A DNA stretch of 62,545 nt, the filler included. It is 5 parts of 5 records of this genome, joined end to end, with 100 filler letters (N's around TTAATTAATTAA, not from the genome) between each part and the next. Parts side by side here need not be neighbours in the genome. Positions count along the whole stretch, not along the records: positions 13,096 to 35,121 come from SRR31156797_3007; 4 more parts are not named here. One strand, written 5' to 3'. The position numbers were made by a program, and so were the translations under genes. Shown here one piece after another: positions 19,853 through 28,392 of this stretch; positions within the stretch are counted from its first letter, which is position 1; each line of letters opens with the position of its first letter. The notes under the pieces were generated by a model, which had not been told where the DNA came from, did no database searches, and saw nothing but the letters and a program-made list of their open reading frames with translations.

Positions 19853-20806
19853 TTAGATAATGAAAATACTAATATTTTCATCAATAACTTGAGATAAAGT
19901 CCCTTTAATAAGATCATATGTGTTTGTTGCACCAAGTGAACATCCAGCACAGTTTCCTAAGTATGCAAGTCTGATCTCAATATCTGGATCATTTACATAA
20001 TCTAAGATCATAATATCTCCACCATCTTTAACTAAGATAGGTCTGATATATCTATCAATAGCATCTTGAATTACTTCAAATTGATCATCTTTTGATTTCG
20101 CTCTAAATACTTTATTTGGCTCGCAGGCTCTATTTGGCTCTTTATCAACACCACCCATTTGAGCTAGTGCCATAGGATGCCCACTTTTTGCGGCACTTAA
20201 CATACACTCAAAACCTTCAGCTACAAGATCAGTATTTGTTCTATCTTTTAAAAGTAAAAGTCCAAGTCTGAAACTTGCCCCTTGGTGATCTTTTTTTACA
20301 GCCCTTCTAAAGTAATCAATCGCTTTTTCTTGATCTTCAGGGATCCCAATAGCTCCTTGATACATAAGTGCTAAATTATAGTTTGCTGAATCATTTTCAT
20401 AAACACTTGCTTGCTCGAACCACTCTTTTGCTTGAAGGAAATCTTTCTCTACCCCTTCACCTTTTAAGTACATCAATCCAAGATTTGCCATCGCTTGATC
20501 ATTTTTAAGCTTTGCTTCCTCACTCCAAATATTTAATGCTTTTTCAAAATCTTTTGCTCTATATGCACTTAGTGCCTCTCTGTGACTCATAAATCTTCTC
20601 CCCTCACCTGGTTTTGGAAGTTCTCTTCCATGTTCTAATTCGTTTTTAATATGTTTATGCAGATATTCATAAGCAAGCTCTACTGCTTCATCATAATCTT
20701 CACTTGAAGCTTTTACATCAAAATCTAAAAACTCTGCAAGGTAAGCATCACCTATCTCATGCTCACCACCATACACCTCTAATGGATAATCATATACATT
20801 GATCAT
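19853..20806 (-). CDS. HicB-like + Sel1 repeats + NifU C-terminal (NfuA-like) fusion
   Basis: YPLEV..YLAEFLDF..ELPKP; Sel1 repeats (NLGLMYLKGEGVEKD); IRPILVKDGGD..GNCAGC; ATG 20806 one base after the upstream stop. Confidence 0.8.
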   Translation of the reverse strand: MINVYDYPLEVYGGEHEIGDAYLAEFLDFDVKASSEDYDEAVELAYEYLHKHIKNELEHGRELPKPGEGRRFMSHREALSAYRAKDFEKALNIWSEEAKLKNDQAMANLGLMYLKGEGVEKDFLQAKEWFEQASVYENDSANYNLALMYQGAIGIPEDQEKAIDYFRRAVKKDHQGASFRLGLLLLKDRTNTDLVAEGFECMLSAAKSGHPMALAQMGGVDKEPNRACEPNKVFRAKSKDDQFEVIQDAIDRYIRPILVKDGGDIMILDYVNDPDIEIRLAYLGNCAGCSLGATNTYDLIKGTLSQVIDENISIFII

Positions 20807-20807
20807 T

Positions 20808-21194
20808 TTAGTCGTTACACCCACATTTACAAGTTTCACCCTCACCTGGGTCAAGTAGTTTATCGCAGTTTGTATTATCTACTTTTGTAAGATTGTCACT
20901 TAATGCATTGTTGAATATCTCTTCAATGCTAAAGGCATTATAATCTGCACAAAATACATCCATATTGTTTTTCTCAAATGATTTATAAACACCCTCACCC
21001 ATATGATAATAGATCGTAGATGTAGCCCCTTGGCTTTTTAGAAAGTCAGCACTTTTTGGACCTTGCCCTTTTACCTCATTTTCTACTACTTTAAATCCAC
21101 CTGTTTGTGTATCTAAAAGTGCAAAAAATGGAGCTTTTCCATAAAGTTTTGAAAGTGTTGTAGCTTGTTCGTTGTCTAGTGGTATAGCTATCAT
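20808..21194 (-). CDS. NifB/NifX-family (COG1433) protein
   Basis: MIAIPLD..LYGKAPFF, HMGEG, C-terminal CKCGC. Confidence 0.75.
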   Translation of the reverse strand: MIAIPLDNEQATTLSKLYGKAPFFALLDTQTGGFKVVENEVKGQGPKSADFLKSQGATSTIYYHMGEGVYKSFEKNNMDVFCADYNAFSIEEIFNNALSDNLTKVDNTNCDKLLDPGEGETCKCGCND

Positions 21195-21237
21195 AAAAAT
21201 CCCCTTACGTATATACTAAATATTATGTAAGGAGATA

Positions 21238-21254
21238 ATGCATAAAATGTTCCG
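21238..21254 (-). promoter_or_regulatory. Sigma54 promoter
   Basis: CGG-AACATTTTAT-GCAT. Confidence 0.72.
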
Positions 21255-21255
21255 T

Positions 21256-22146
21256 TTATTTTTTTCTGTTTTGGAACCCTTTATCCATAAGTTCAAGTTC
21301 TCTCTCAGCAGAGATAACAATATCTTTATCCACAGTAAAATCTAGATCAGGATTTCTCCCCTCATAATCTACCTTATTTAAAATAGTTTTAATAGCATTT
21401 ACACGAGCTAAAAATTTACTATCACTCCTTATAATAGTCCAAGGAGACTTTTCTGTATTAGTGCGTTTAAGCATATTGAATTTCTTCTCAGTAAACTCAT
21501 CCCATCGCTCTTGCATCTGTACATCGATCTCACTTAGTTTCCATTGTTTTAAAGGATTTACTTCTCTCTCATCAAATCTTCTAGCTTGTTCATCTTTTGT
21601 AACAGAAAAATACATCTTTAAAAAGTGAAACCCATGAGCGATAAGATCTTCTTCAAATTTTGGAACTGATTGCATAAACACTTCATGCTGTTCAGGTGTA
21701 CAAAATCCAAATACAGGCTCTACCATAGCTCTATTGTACCAACTTCTATCAAAAATGACTATCTCTCCACCATGAGGAAACTGCTCCACATATCTTTGAA
21801 AATACCATTGTGTCGTTTGTACACTTGATGGTTTTCCTAAAGCTACTACACGGTAATGTTTTTCATTCATATATCGTGTGATTCTTCGAATCGCTCCACC
21901 TTTTCCTGAAGCATCACGCCCTTCTACTAATACGATCATCTTTTCATCATATTTTTCTAAATGATCTTGTAACTTGATAAGCTCAGCCTGCAGTGGTGCT
22001 AGAACTCTCTCTTGAGTTCTATACAAATATTTATTATAAAGATCATTTGTAAACTCCTCATTAGGATCCTTTAATTTTTCTAAAAACTCTTCATAAGTTA
22101 TTGTAGGATCATGTTTTTCATAAAACTGTTCAAATTTATTTGACAT
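21256..22146 (-). CDS. ppk2: Polyphosphate kinase 2
   Basis: EGRDASGKGG, FDRSWYNRAMVE, PLKQWKLS. Confidence 0.95.
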   Translation of the reverse strand: MSNKFEQFYEKHDPTITYEEFLEKLKDPNEEFTNDLYNKYLYRTQERVLAPLQAELIKLQDHLEKYDEKMIVLVEGRDASGKGGAIRRITRYMNEKHYRVVALGKPSSVQTTQWYFQRYVEQFPHGGEIVIFDRSWYNRAMVEPVFGFCTPEQHEVFMQSVPKFEEDLIAHGFHFLKMYFSVTKDEQARRFDEREVNPLKQWKLSEIDVQMQERWDEFTEKKFNMLKRTNTEKSPWTIIRSDSKFLARVNAIKTILNKVDYEGRNPDLDFTVDKDIVISAERELELMDKGFQNRKK

Positions 22147-22218
22147 TATTAAACTCCAAAATTAAGATATATGTTTGCAATGTTACTATAATATGTTTAC
22201 AAATGGGTAACAGACCTT

Positions 22219-22236
22219 TTGGAATAGGTCTTGCAT
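22219..22236 (+). promoter_or_regulatory. Sigma54 promoter of nifE
   Basis: TTGG-AATAGGTCTT-GCAT. Confidence 0.8.
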
Positions 22237-22270
22237 AAAGTATAATTATATAAAAAATGGGAGAAATACC

Positions 22271-23629
22271 ATGGTAAATAAAAAACAAATCAGAGAACTA
22301 CTCAACGAATCTGCATGTTCTCACAATGAAAAGAAAAAATCAAGCTGTGATAAACCAAAACCAGGAGCTACGAGTGGTGGATGTGCCTTTGAAGGAGCAC
22401 AAATCGCCCTCTTTCCATATGCTGATGCAGTACACTTAGTACACGCTCCTGCTACTTGCCAAGGAGCCTCATGGGAAACAAGAGCCACACCAACTAGCTG
22501 GGAAGGTGAAAACAACACCCCTCTTGGATACTACACAGATGTCACGACTAATGACGTGATCTTTGGTGGAGATCAAAAGCTAGAAGACTCTATCACGTAT
22601 ATAGTAGAACATAAAAACCCAAAAGCGATCTTTATCTATGAAACATGTGTAACTGCAATGATTGGGGATAATATCGATAATGTAGCAAAAAGAATGCAAG
22701 AAAAGTTTAATATCCCAATGGTTGTAGTTCATGCCCCAGGATTTGTAGGAAGTAAAAACCTTGGAAGTAGACTAGCAGGGGAAGCAGTCCTCAACCAACT
22801 TATAGGAACAAGAGAACCTGAAGAGATCCACCCATATGGAATCAACCTCATCGGTGAATATAACGTAACAGGTGATATGTGGCAATACACTCCAATCCTA
22901 GAAAAGATCGGAATAAAAGTAGTCTCAACTCTAGCTGGTGATGGAAGAATAGAGAATATCCAAACAGCCCATAGAGCAAAACTAAACGTAATCGTATGTG
23001 CAAAATCACTTGTAACGTTAGTGCGAAAGATGGAAGAGAGATACCAAATCCCACATATCTCTATTTCATTTTACGGAAAAAGAGATACAACCAATGCCAT
23101 CATGTCTATCGTCAATGCCTTTGGAGATGAAAAACTTATCAAAAAAGCAAAAGAAGTAATCGCAGAAGAGGAAGCAGCACTAGAAAAAAGACTAGAACCA
23201 TATAGAAAAATCCTAGCAGGGAAAAAAGCGATCCTCAACACAGGTGGAAATAAATCATGGTCAATCGCTTCAGCTCTCCAAGATATAGGAATAGAAGTAG
23301 TTGCTACAAGTATTAGAAAAGCAACACTTGAAGATATAGAAATCGCAAAACAATACGTAGATATCCTTATGAAAGTTCCAGCTCAAGAGCAAGGAAAACT
23401 TATAGATGAACATAATGTAGATATCTTACTAGCAGGTGGAAGAAGTCTTTACACTGCTATTAAGAAAAAAGTTGCCTTTGTAGATGTAAATCAAGAGAAA
23501 AAAGTAAGCTATGGAGCTTATGGTGGATTAGAAAACTTAGCAAAAGATGTATGTGCAGCAGTTCTTAATCCAGTCTTTAGAACAGTTGGGGAGCCTGCTC
23601 CTTGGGATGAGGAAGAGAAAGCTAGTTAA
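22271..23629 (+). CDS. nifE: Nitrogenase FeMo-cofactor scaffold NifE
   Basis: PGATSGGCAFEGA, HLVHAPATC, TCVTAMIGD, PGFVGSKNLG, TGGNKSWS. Confidence 0.96.
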   Translation: MVNKKQIRELLNESACSHNEKKKSSCDKPKPGATSGGCAFEGAQIALFPYADAVHLVHAPATCQGASWETRATPTSWEGENNTPLGYYTDVTTNDVIFGGDQKLEDSITYIVEHKNPKAIFIYETCVTAMIGDNIDNVAKRMQEKFNIPMVVVHAPGFVGSKNLGSRLAGEAVLNQLIGTREPEEIHPYGINLIGEYNVTGDMWQYTPILEKIGIKVVSTLAGDGRIENIQTAHRAKLNVIVCAKSLVTLVRKMEERYQIPHISISFYGKRDTTNAIMSIVNAFGDEKLIKKAKEVIAEEEAALEKRLEPYRKILAGKKAILNTGGNKSWSIASALQDIGIEVVATSIRKATLEDIEIAKQYVDILMKVPAQEQGKLIDEHNVDILLAGGRSLYTAIKKKVAFVDVNQEKKVSYGAYGGLENLAKDVCAAVLNPVFRTVGEPAPWDEEEKAS

Positions 23630-23642
23630 GATCAGAAAATAA

Positions 23643-23671
23643 AAAAAGGTGAGCTAAAACCCCACCTTTTT
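23643..23671 (+). terminator. Bidirectional terminator after nifE
   Basis: AAAAAGGTG ... CACCTTTTT. Confidence 0.75.
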
Positions 23672-23793
23672 ATCTGTGTATATCTAGCAAGTAGTCACTC
23701 TTACAAAATAAACAATCCATTTCCTAAATTGGTATCATTTCATATAAGTTTTGTATAAAAGTCAATAACAAATACTTTGGAAGTTTATTTAAT

Positions 23794-23898
23794 ATATAAC
23801 GGTTGAATACATTGCATTTCTTTCACCTGCCATGAAAGAGTGAACTACTTTCGTTCTTCTATAGATTTATCTATTCCGTGCTAGGGTTTGCTATAGGT
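23794..23898 (-). mobile_element. Degenerate or hybrid integron attC site downstream of brnA
   Basis: Minus strand ACCTATAGC (R'', one mismatch to the complement of cassette start GTTATAGGT) ... GTTATAT (R'). Confidence 0.55.
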
Positions 23899-24139
23899 TT
23901 GTATTCCCATGACTATGATTTGCTGCATACATATCCAATAGATTTCTTATCATTTTTTGATATTGAGTATGATGTTTTTTTGCTTCACTCTTAAAAAATT
24001 CTATACTCTCTTTTGTCAATGAAATTGTAACTTTTACATTCTCGTCTTTTAAAACTAAATCTTTTGGAGATGGCAAAAAATCTTCAATAATTTTAATATC
24101 TCCAATTGGTTCATCTGTGTATTTAATTGTTTTCTTCAT
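23891..24139 (-). CDS. brnA: BrnA/CopG-type antitoxin
   Basis: DFLPSPKDLV..VKVTISL..IEFFK..YQKMIRNLLD; start ATG 24139 overlapping the brnT end. Confidence 0.85.
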   Translation of the reverse strand: MKKTIKYTDEPIGDIKIIEDFLPSPKDLVLKDENVKVTISLTKESIEFFKSEAKKHHTQYQKMIRNLLDMYAANHSHGNTNL

Positions 24140-24401
24140 AAATCTTTTTCCCCTTTCTCCAGTATCCTGCACCGTAAATTCTGATTTTGTTGTTACGATA
24201 AACAAATCTTACAGTTAAAATTGCTTCATCAACTTTACCAAAACAAAAATATCTTTTTTCATTTTGGCTATGTTCTAAATCTTCGGCAATAATTCTATTT
24301 TCATCTAAAAAAGCATGTTGCGCTTTTTCAAAAGAAACATTATGTTTTTTTTGATTGGATTTATTTTTGTTCGCATCCCATTCAAAGTTTACTTTATTCA
24401 T
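24123..24401 (-). CDS. brnT: BrnT toxin
   Basis: FEWDANKNKSNQKKHNVSFEKA..HSQNEKRY..KIRIYGA. Confidence 0.92.
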   Translation of the reverse strand: MNKVNFEWDANKNKSNQKKHNVSFEKAQHAFLDENRIIAEDLEHSQNEKRYFCFGKVDEAILTVRFVYRNNKIRIYGAGYWRKGKKIYEENN

Positions 24402-24472
24402 AAGATGATTATAGCTAAATATTTATAAAATAGCAATACTTTTTTATGTATATTATTTGTGAGAAGTTGTAC

Positions 24473-24542
24473 CTATAACGTTTGACTTGAGAAGTAAGTT
24501 GCCCGATAGGGTCACTTATTTCTCTCCGAGGTTTTGTTAGCA
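24473..24542 (-). mobile_element. Integron attC site (70 bp)
   Basis: Minus strand TGCTAAC-AAAAC..GAGAAATAAGTGACCC-TATC-GGGCAACTTACTTCTC..AAAC-GTTATAG: AAC/GTT cores around an imperfect palindrome. Confidence 0.8.
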
Positions 24543-24543
24543 T

Positions 24544-24626
24544 TTATGACTCTTTGCTTACTAATTTTAATTCATCTTTATATTGCTTATTTTGTAAAAA
24601 CCCTCATTTTGATCTTGTGTTTCCAT
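24544..24626 (-). pseudogene. Remnant of a preceding cassette gene
   Basis: TGtTATAAT-6 nt-ATG start of a 19-codon ORF, overlapping out of frame a tail (..KDELKLVSKES*) that stops just before the attC R'' box. Confidence 0.4.
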
Positions 24627-24681
24627 GGTTGTATTATAACATAAAATATAATGTAACTCTTAATCTTAAAAAGTAGTTTAT

Positions 24682-24714
24682 AAGATTGCGGTCACAAATT
24701 GTGACCGCAATCTT
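24682..24714. repeat. Perfect 16-bp inverted repeat with 1-nt spacer
   Basis: AAGATTGCGGTCACAA-A-TTGTGACCGCAATCTT. Confidence 0.9.
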
Positions 24715-24717
24715 TAT

Positions 24718-24734
24718 AGGAACATTTATTGCAT
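24718..24734 (+). promoter_or_regulatory. Sigma54 promoter of nifN
   Basis: AGG-AACATTTATT-GCAT. Confidence 0.8.
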
Positions 24735-24787
24735 TTTTACTACAATAAACCAAAATATAAAAGTAACTATAAAAACGGATAAACACT

Positions 24788-26083
24788 ATGAAACAATCTC
24801 AAAAACCAAATAAACCACTTCAAATAAACCCTATTAAACTCTCTCAACCAATGGGAGCATTACTTTGTTTTTTAGGGATAAAAAACTGTATGCCCCTTAT
24901 GCATGGAGCACAAGGGTGTGCTTCATTTTCTAAGGTGTTTTTTACTAGACACTTTAGTGATCCAATTGCTATCCAAACTACAGCAGTAAATGATATCACT
25001 GCAGTTATTGATGGAGGAGATTATTCCATCTCTGAGGCTGTAAAAAATATCACTAAAAAAGTAAAGCCTGATCTTGTGGGTCTTTTTACTACGGGTATGA
25101 CAGAGACAAAAGGGGATGATATCAAGGGAGCTACTTATCTTTTAAGAGATAAGCAAAAGATGGTATATGTTCATACTCCTGATTTTGAGGGTGGATTGGA
25201 AAGTGGTTATGCTCATTCTATTGAAGCTATTATTGAGCAATTAGTTGAAGAAAAAACTGAGATCGATACAAAAAAAGCTCTTCTTATTCCTCATGTGAGT
25301 TTAACTCCTATTGAAGTTGAGAAGATCAAAGAGCAGATCGATCTTTTTGGCTTTGAGACTTTAGCACTTCCTGATATCTCACTCTCTTTAGATGGACACT
25401 TGGGATTAAAGCAAGGAGCACTTAGTTCTGGTGGGATTAGCATGGATGAGATCCAAGGTCTAGGAGATAGTAATATTGTAGTGACTATTGGAAATAGTGT
25501 TGAAAAGTCTGGAACTCTTTTAAAAGGGAAAAATGAGAAGATCACACACCTTCACTTTGATACAGTAAGTGGACTACTTAAAGCTGATAAGTTTTATAAA
25601 GCTTTAATGGAAGTAAAAAAGATCACAAAGCCTAGCCCAAGTGTTGTAAGATGGAGAAAGCGTCTCCAAGATGCTCTTCTTGATACACATTTTGCACTTG
25701 GAGGTACGGAAGTGATTATAGCAGCTGAACCTGATCAGTTACTCTCACTTGCTACTACTATTAATGAAGTAGGAGCACATATCAAAATGGTAGTAAGTCC
25801 TACCAAAAGTGTAAGTTTGGATACAATACCTTGCGAAAATGTAGTAATTGGTGACTTTGATGATGTGGAGAAAGCTTTACCTGAGGCTGATCTTCTTATC
25901 TCAAACTTTCATGGAGAAAGATTAACAAATCAATATAAAAAAGCACTTCTTTTAAGAGGATTTCCAAATTATGAAATAGTTGGAAACAATCTTATTAATG
26001 ACACCTTATATGAGGGAAGTTGTTATCTTCTTTTTGAGACAGCAAATATTATGAATCACCATAATCATGGAGCACACCACTAA
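24788..26083 (+). CDS. nifN: Nitrogenase FeMo-cofactor scaffold NifN
   Basis: NPIKLSQPMGA, MHGAQGCASF, RHFSDPIAIQTTA, ETKGDD, TPDFEGGLESG. Confidence 0.96.
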   Translation: MKQSQKPNKPLQINPIKLSQPMGALLCFLGIKNCMPLMHGAQGCASFSKVFFTRHFSDPIAIQTTAVNDITAVIDGGDYSISEAVKNITKKVKPDLVGLFTTGMTETKGDDIKGATYLLRDKQKMVYVHTPDFEGGLESGYAHSIEAIIEQLVEEKTEIDTKKALLIPHVSLTPIEVEKIKEQIDLFGFETLALPDISLSLDGHLGLKQGALSSGGISMDEIQGLGDSNIVVTIGNSVEKSGTLLKGKNEKITHLHFDTVSGLLKADKFYKALMEVKKITKPSPSVVRWRKRLQDALLDTHFALGGTEVIIAAEPDQLLSLATTINEVGAHIKMVVSPTKSVSLDTIPCENVVIGDFDDVEKALPEADLLISNFHGERLTNQYKKALLLRGFPNYEIVGNNLINDTLYEGSCYLLFETANIMNHHNHGAHH

Positions 26084-26469
26084 TGGAGTTTCAAAACGAA
26101 AAACATCTTTTAAACTATGATGGGATAGATAAGTATCATGTAGAATTTGTAGAGATCTACAATAGTGTTGATACTCATTCTAACGAATCTTACATAAATG
26201 TAATGAAAAAACTATTTGAGCAAACAAAAGTACATTTTAGTAGTGAAGAAGATCTAATGTTACAATATAACTATACTCGAAAAAAAGAGCATATGGATGA
26301 ACATGCAAAAGTTTTAGCAGAGATGGAGTACTTTTTAAATAAGGCAAATACAAAAATGGGAATTATAATGCTAAAGTCCTACTTTAAAGAGAAACTCCCT
26401 TCGTGGTTTGATCTTCATCTTATCAGTATGGATAGTGACTTAGCTCACCATATTAAAAACAATTCTTAG
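26083..26469 (+). CDS. Hemerythrin, translationally coupled to nifN
   Basis: DKYH, HFSSEE, EHMDEH, HLISMD; TAATG overlap. Confidence 0.9.
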   Translation: MEFQNEKHLLNYDGIDKYHVEFVEIYNSVDTHSNESYINVMKKLFEQTKVHFSSEEDLMLQYNYTRKKEHMDEHAKVLAEMEYFLNKANTKMGIIMLKSYFKEKLPSWFDLHLISMDSDLAHHIKNNS

Positions 26470-26500
26470 TATTCTTTCTTTAGATTCTTTTTAGAAATTA

Positions 26501-26517
26501 TGGAACAGTTTATGCAA
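26501..26517 (+). promoter_or_regulatory. Sigma54 promoter of nifX operon
   Basis: TGG-AACAGTTTAT-GCAA. Confidence 0.8.
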
Positions 26518-26553
26518 TTATTTATAATATAATTTCTAAAAAGGAGATCACCC

Positions 26554-26952
26554 ATGGGATCAACAATCAAAGTTACTTCTAATGATAGCGGAACAGGAAG
26601 TATAAGAGTTGCTTTTGCAACAAATGATAATGAGAATATCGATGCACACTTTGGTAGTGCAAAACAGTTCAATATATATGATATCTCTCCAGATGGTCAT
26701 GAAATTTCTACGATCATTAAGATTGAAGAGAAAGATGTAGATAAAACTGTAGAGCTTTTAAAAGATGTGGATATCGTATATTTTGTAAATATTGGAGCAA
26801 CAGCTGCTGCAAAGATCATCAATAGTGGGATCTTCCCAATCAAATACAAAGAGGTTGTAGGTATTGATGAAGAGATCAAAAAGCTTACTGAAATGTTAAA
26901 TGGACAACCAGCTCCATTTATTAAAAAAATATTAGAAAAAAAGGCTGCTTAA
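26554..26952 (+). CDS. nifX: Nitrogen fixation protein NifX
   Basis: RVAFATNDNENIDAHFGSAKQF, IGATAAAK; position after nifEN. Confidence 0.88.
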   Translation: MGSTIKVTSNDSGTGSIRVAFATNDNENIDAHFGSAKQFNIYDISPDGHEISTIIKIEEKDVDKTVELLKDVDIVYFVNIGATAAAKIINSGIFPIKYKEVVGIDEEIKKLTEMLNGQPAPFIKKILEKKAA

Positions 26953-26954
26953 TT

Positions 26955-27377
26955 ATGGAAAACTTATTTATTGAAACACTTATCGGACAAGTAAGAGCAC
27001 TTGATCAATTTGGAACATGGGCAAACAAAGAGGATAAAGATATCTTAGTTGAAAAATATGTAAAAACAAAAGAACAATTAAAAGATATCCCTGTGATTGC
27101 AGATATTGATGAGATGCAAGTTCAAGATATTAGACTGATCTTTCAAGCAATTGCTTTAGCATTTGAGAAAAAAACTGGTGTAATGTGTTCTGTTGTAATG
27201 GAGATGAGTCACGAAGGTTTTGGACGAGCTGTAGTGATCGCTGATAAAATTGTAATCGTAAATAAGTTTTTTAAAGATGCACATAGATACTCTTTTAGAA
27301 CCTATGAAGATCTAATCAAAGAGGGTGATAAGATGCTTGATAATGCAATCAAAATTTATGAAGAGTATACAAAATAA
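26955..27377 (+). CDS. NifX-associated protein (DUF269)
   Basis: RALDQFGTW, MSHEGFGRAVV, KDAHRYSF. Confidence 0.88.
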   Translation: MENLFIETLIGQVRALDQFGTWANKEDKDILVEKYVKTKEQLKDIPVIADIDEMQVQDIRLIFQAIALAFEKKTGVMCSVVMEMSHEGFGRAVVIADKIVIVNKFFKDAHRYSFRTYEDLIKEGDKMLDNAIKIYEEYTK

Positions 27378-27429
27378 TAAAATAATCTAAATCAATCAAA
27401 CATATTAAATAAAAGGAGAATAAAAAAAT

Positions 27430-27948
27430 ATGGCAAAAATGGGAATTTTCGTAGGAACTGCTGGTGGAACTTCAATGAAGATAGCAGATGCAATAGCCGA
27501 AGAGTTTGGAATCGAAGAAGATGATATAATCAATATGGAAGAGGATTTTGATGATATTGAAGATCAAATGATGGAATATGATGTTCTTTTTATCGGAAGT
27601 TCAACTTGGGGACAAGGGGATGTTCACTTTTCATGGGTTGATCCACAATTAGAAATTGAAGATGAAGATTTTGATTTTAGTGGAAAAACTGTTGCATTTT
27701 TTGGAGCAGGAGATTGTAAAAAACATGGTGAACATTTTTGTAGTGCCTTAGGAAAACTACATAAAACTTTTACTGAAGCTGGTGCTAAAGCAATTGGTGC
27801 TATTCCTAAAGAAGGATACACTTACGAGTTCTCTTTAGCGGAAATGGGTGATAAACTATGTGGTTGTGCGATTGATGAGCACAATGAATCAGAAAAATCA
27901 GATGAGAGAATCGCTCTTTGGATTGAGACTTTAAAATCTGAGTTATAA
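27430..27948 (+). CDS. Long-chain acidic flavodoxin (NifF-like)
   Basis: GTAGGTS, GSSTWGQG, VAFFGAGD, RIALWIETL. Confidence 0.9.
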   Translation: MAKMGIFVGTAGGTSMKIADAIAEEFGIEEDDIINMEEDFDDIEDQMMEYDVLFIGSSTWGQGDVHFSWVDPQLEIEDEDFDFSGKTVAFFGAGDCKKHGEHFCSALGKLHKTFTEAGAKAIGAIPKEGYTYEFSLAEMGDKLCGCAIDEHNESEKSDERIALWIETLKSEL

Positions 27949-27977
27949 AATAAATTAAGCTTTAAAAGGAGTGTAAG

Positions 27978-28379
27978 ATGTATATGGTAATTGCGGTTTT
28001 TAATCATTACGATCTTCAAAATGTTTTAAGTGATCTTTTTTCAAATAATATTGAAGGAGTCACAGTATCTCAAGTAATAGGAAAAGGTTCATTTGGCCTT
28101 AAAGAGGGTGACAATAACCCAGTGGATCTTTTTGAAAAAGTAAAAGTAGAGATTGTTGTATCGAATGAGAAAAATAGAGAGACAGCTATGGAGTGTATCA
28201 GAGCCAACTGCCAAGATCTTGGTCGAGGAGCTGGTAAGATGTGGTGGGTAACTGTTGGAGGCGTTGAGCGAATCCGAACAGGTGAAAAAGACATTGATGC
28301 TTTAACCACTCAAGTTGATAAAAAAGTACCAAATGTACCTGTAGCATACACAACTGCTATAGATACTCCATGTAGCTAG
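27978..28379 (+). CDS. Atypical P-II family protein
   Basis: GVTVSQVIGKG, KVKVEIVV, GAGKMW, RIRTGE. Confidence 0.85.
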   Translation: MYMVIAVFNHYDLQNVLSDLFSNNIEGVTVSQVIGKGSFGLKEGDNNPVDLFEKVKVEIVVSNEKNRETAMECIRANCQDLGRGAGKMWWVTVGGVERIRTGEKDIDALTTQVDKKVPNVPVAYTTAIDTPCS

Positions 28380-28392
28380 AAAGGAATAGAAA

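Noticed and set aside
22150-22215. NifA upstream activator site for nifE
   Set aside because: Only near-matches (TGT-N10-ACT); too weak in AT-rich DNA
22271-26083. Nitrogenase structural genes nifD/nifK
   Set aside because: Lengths and motifs fit the scaffold paralogs NifE/NifN; nifHDK are not in the window
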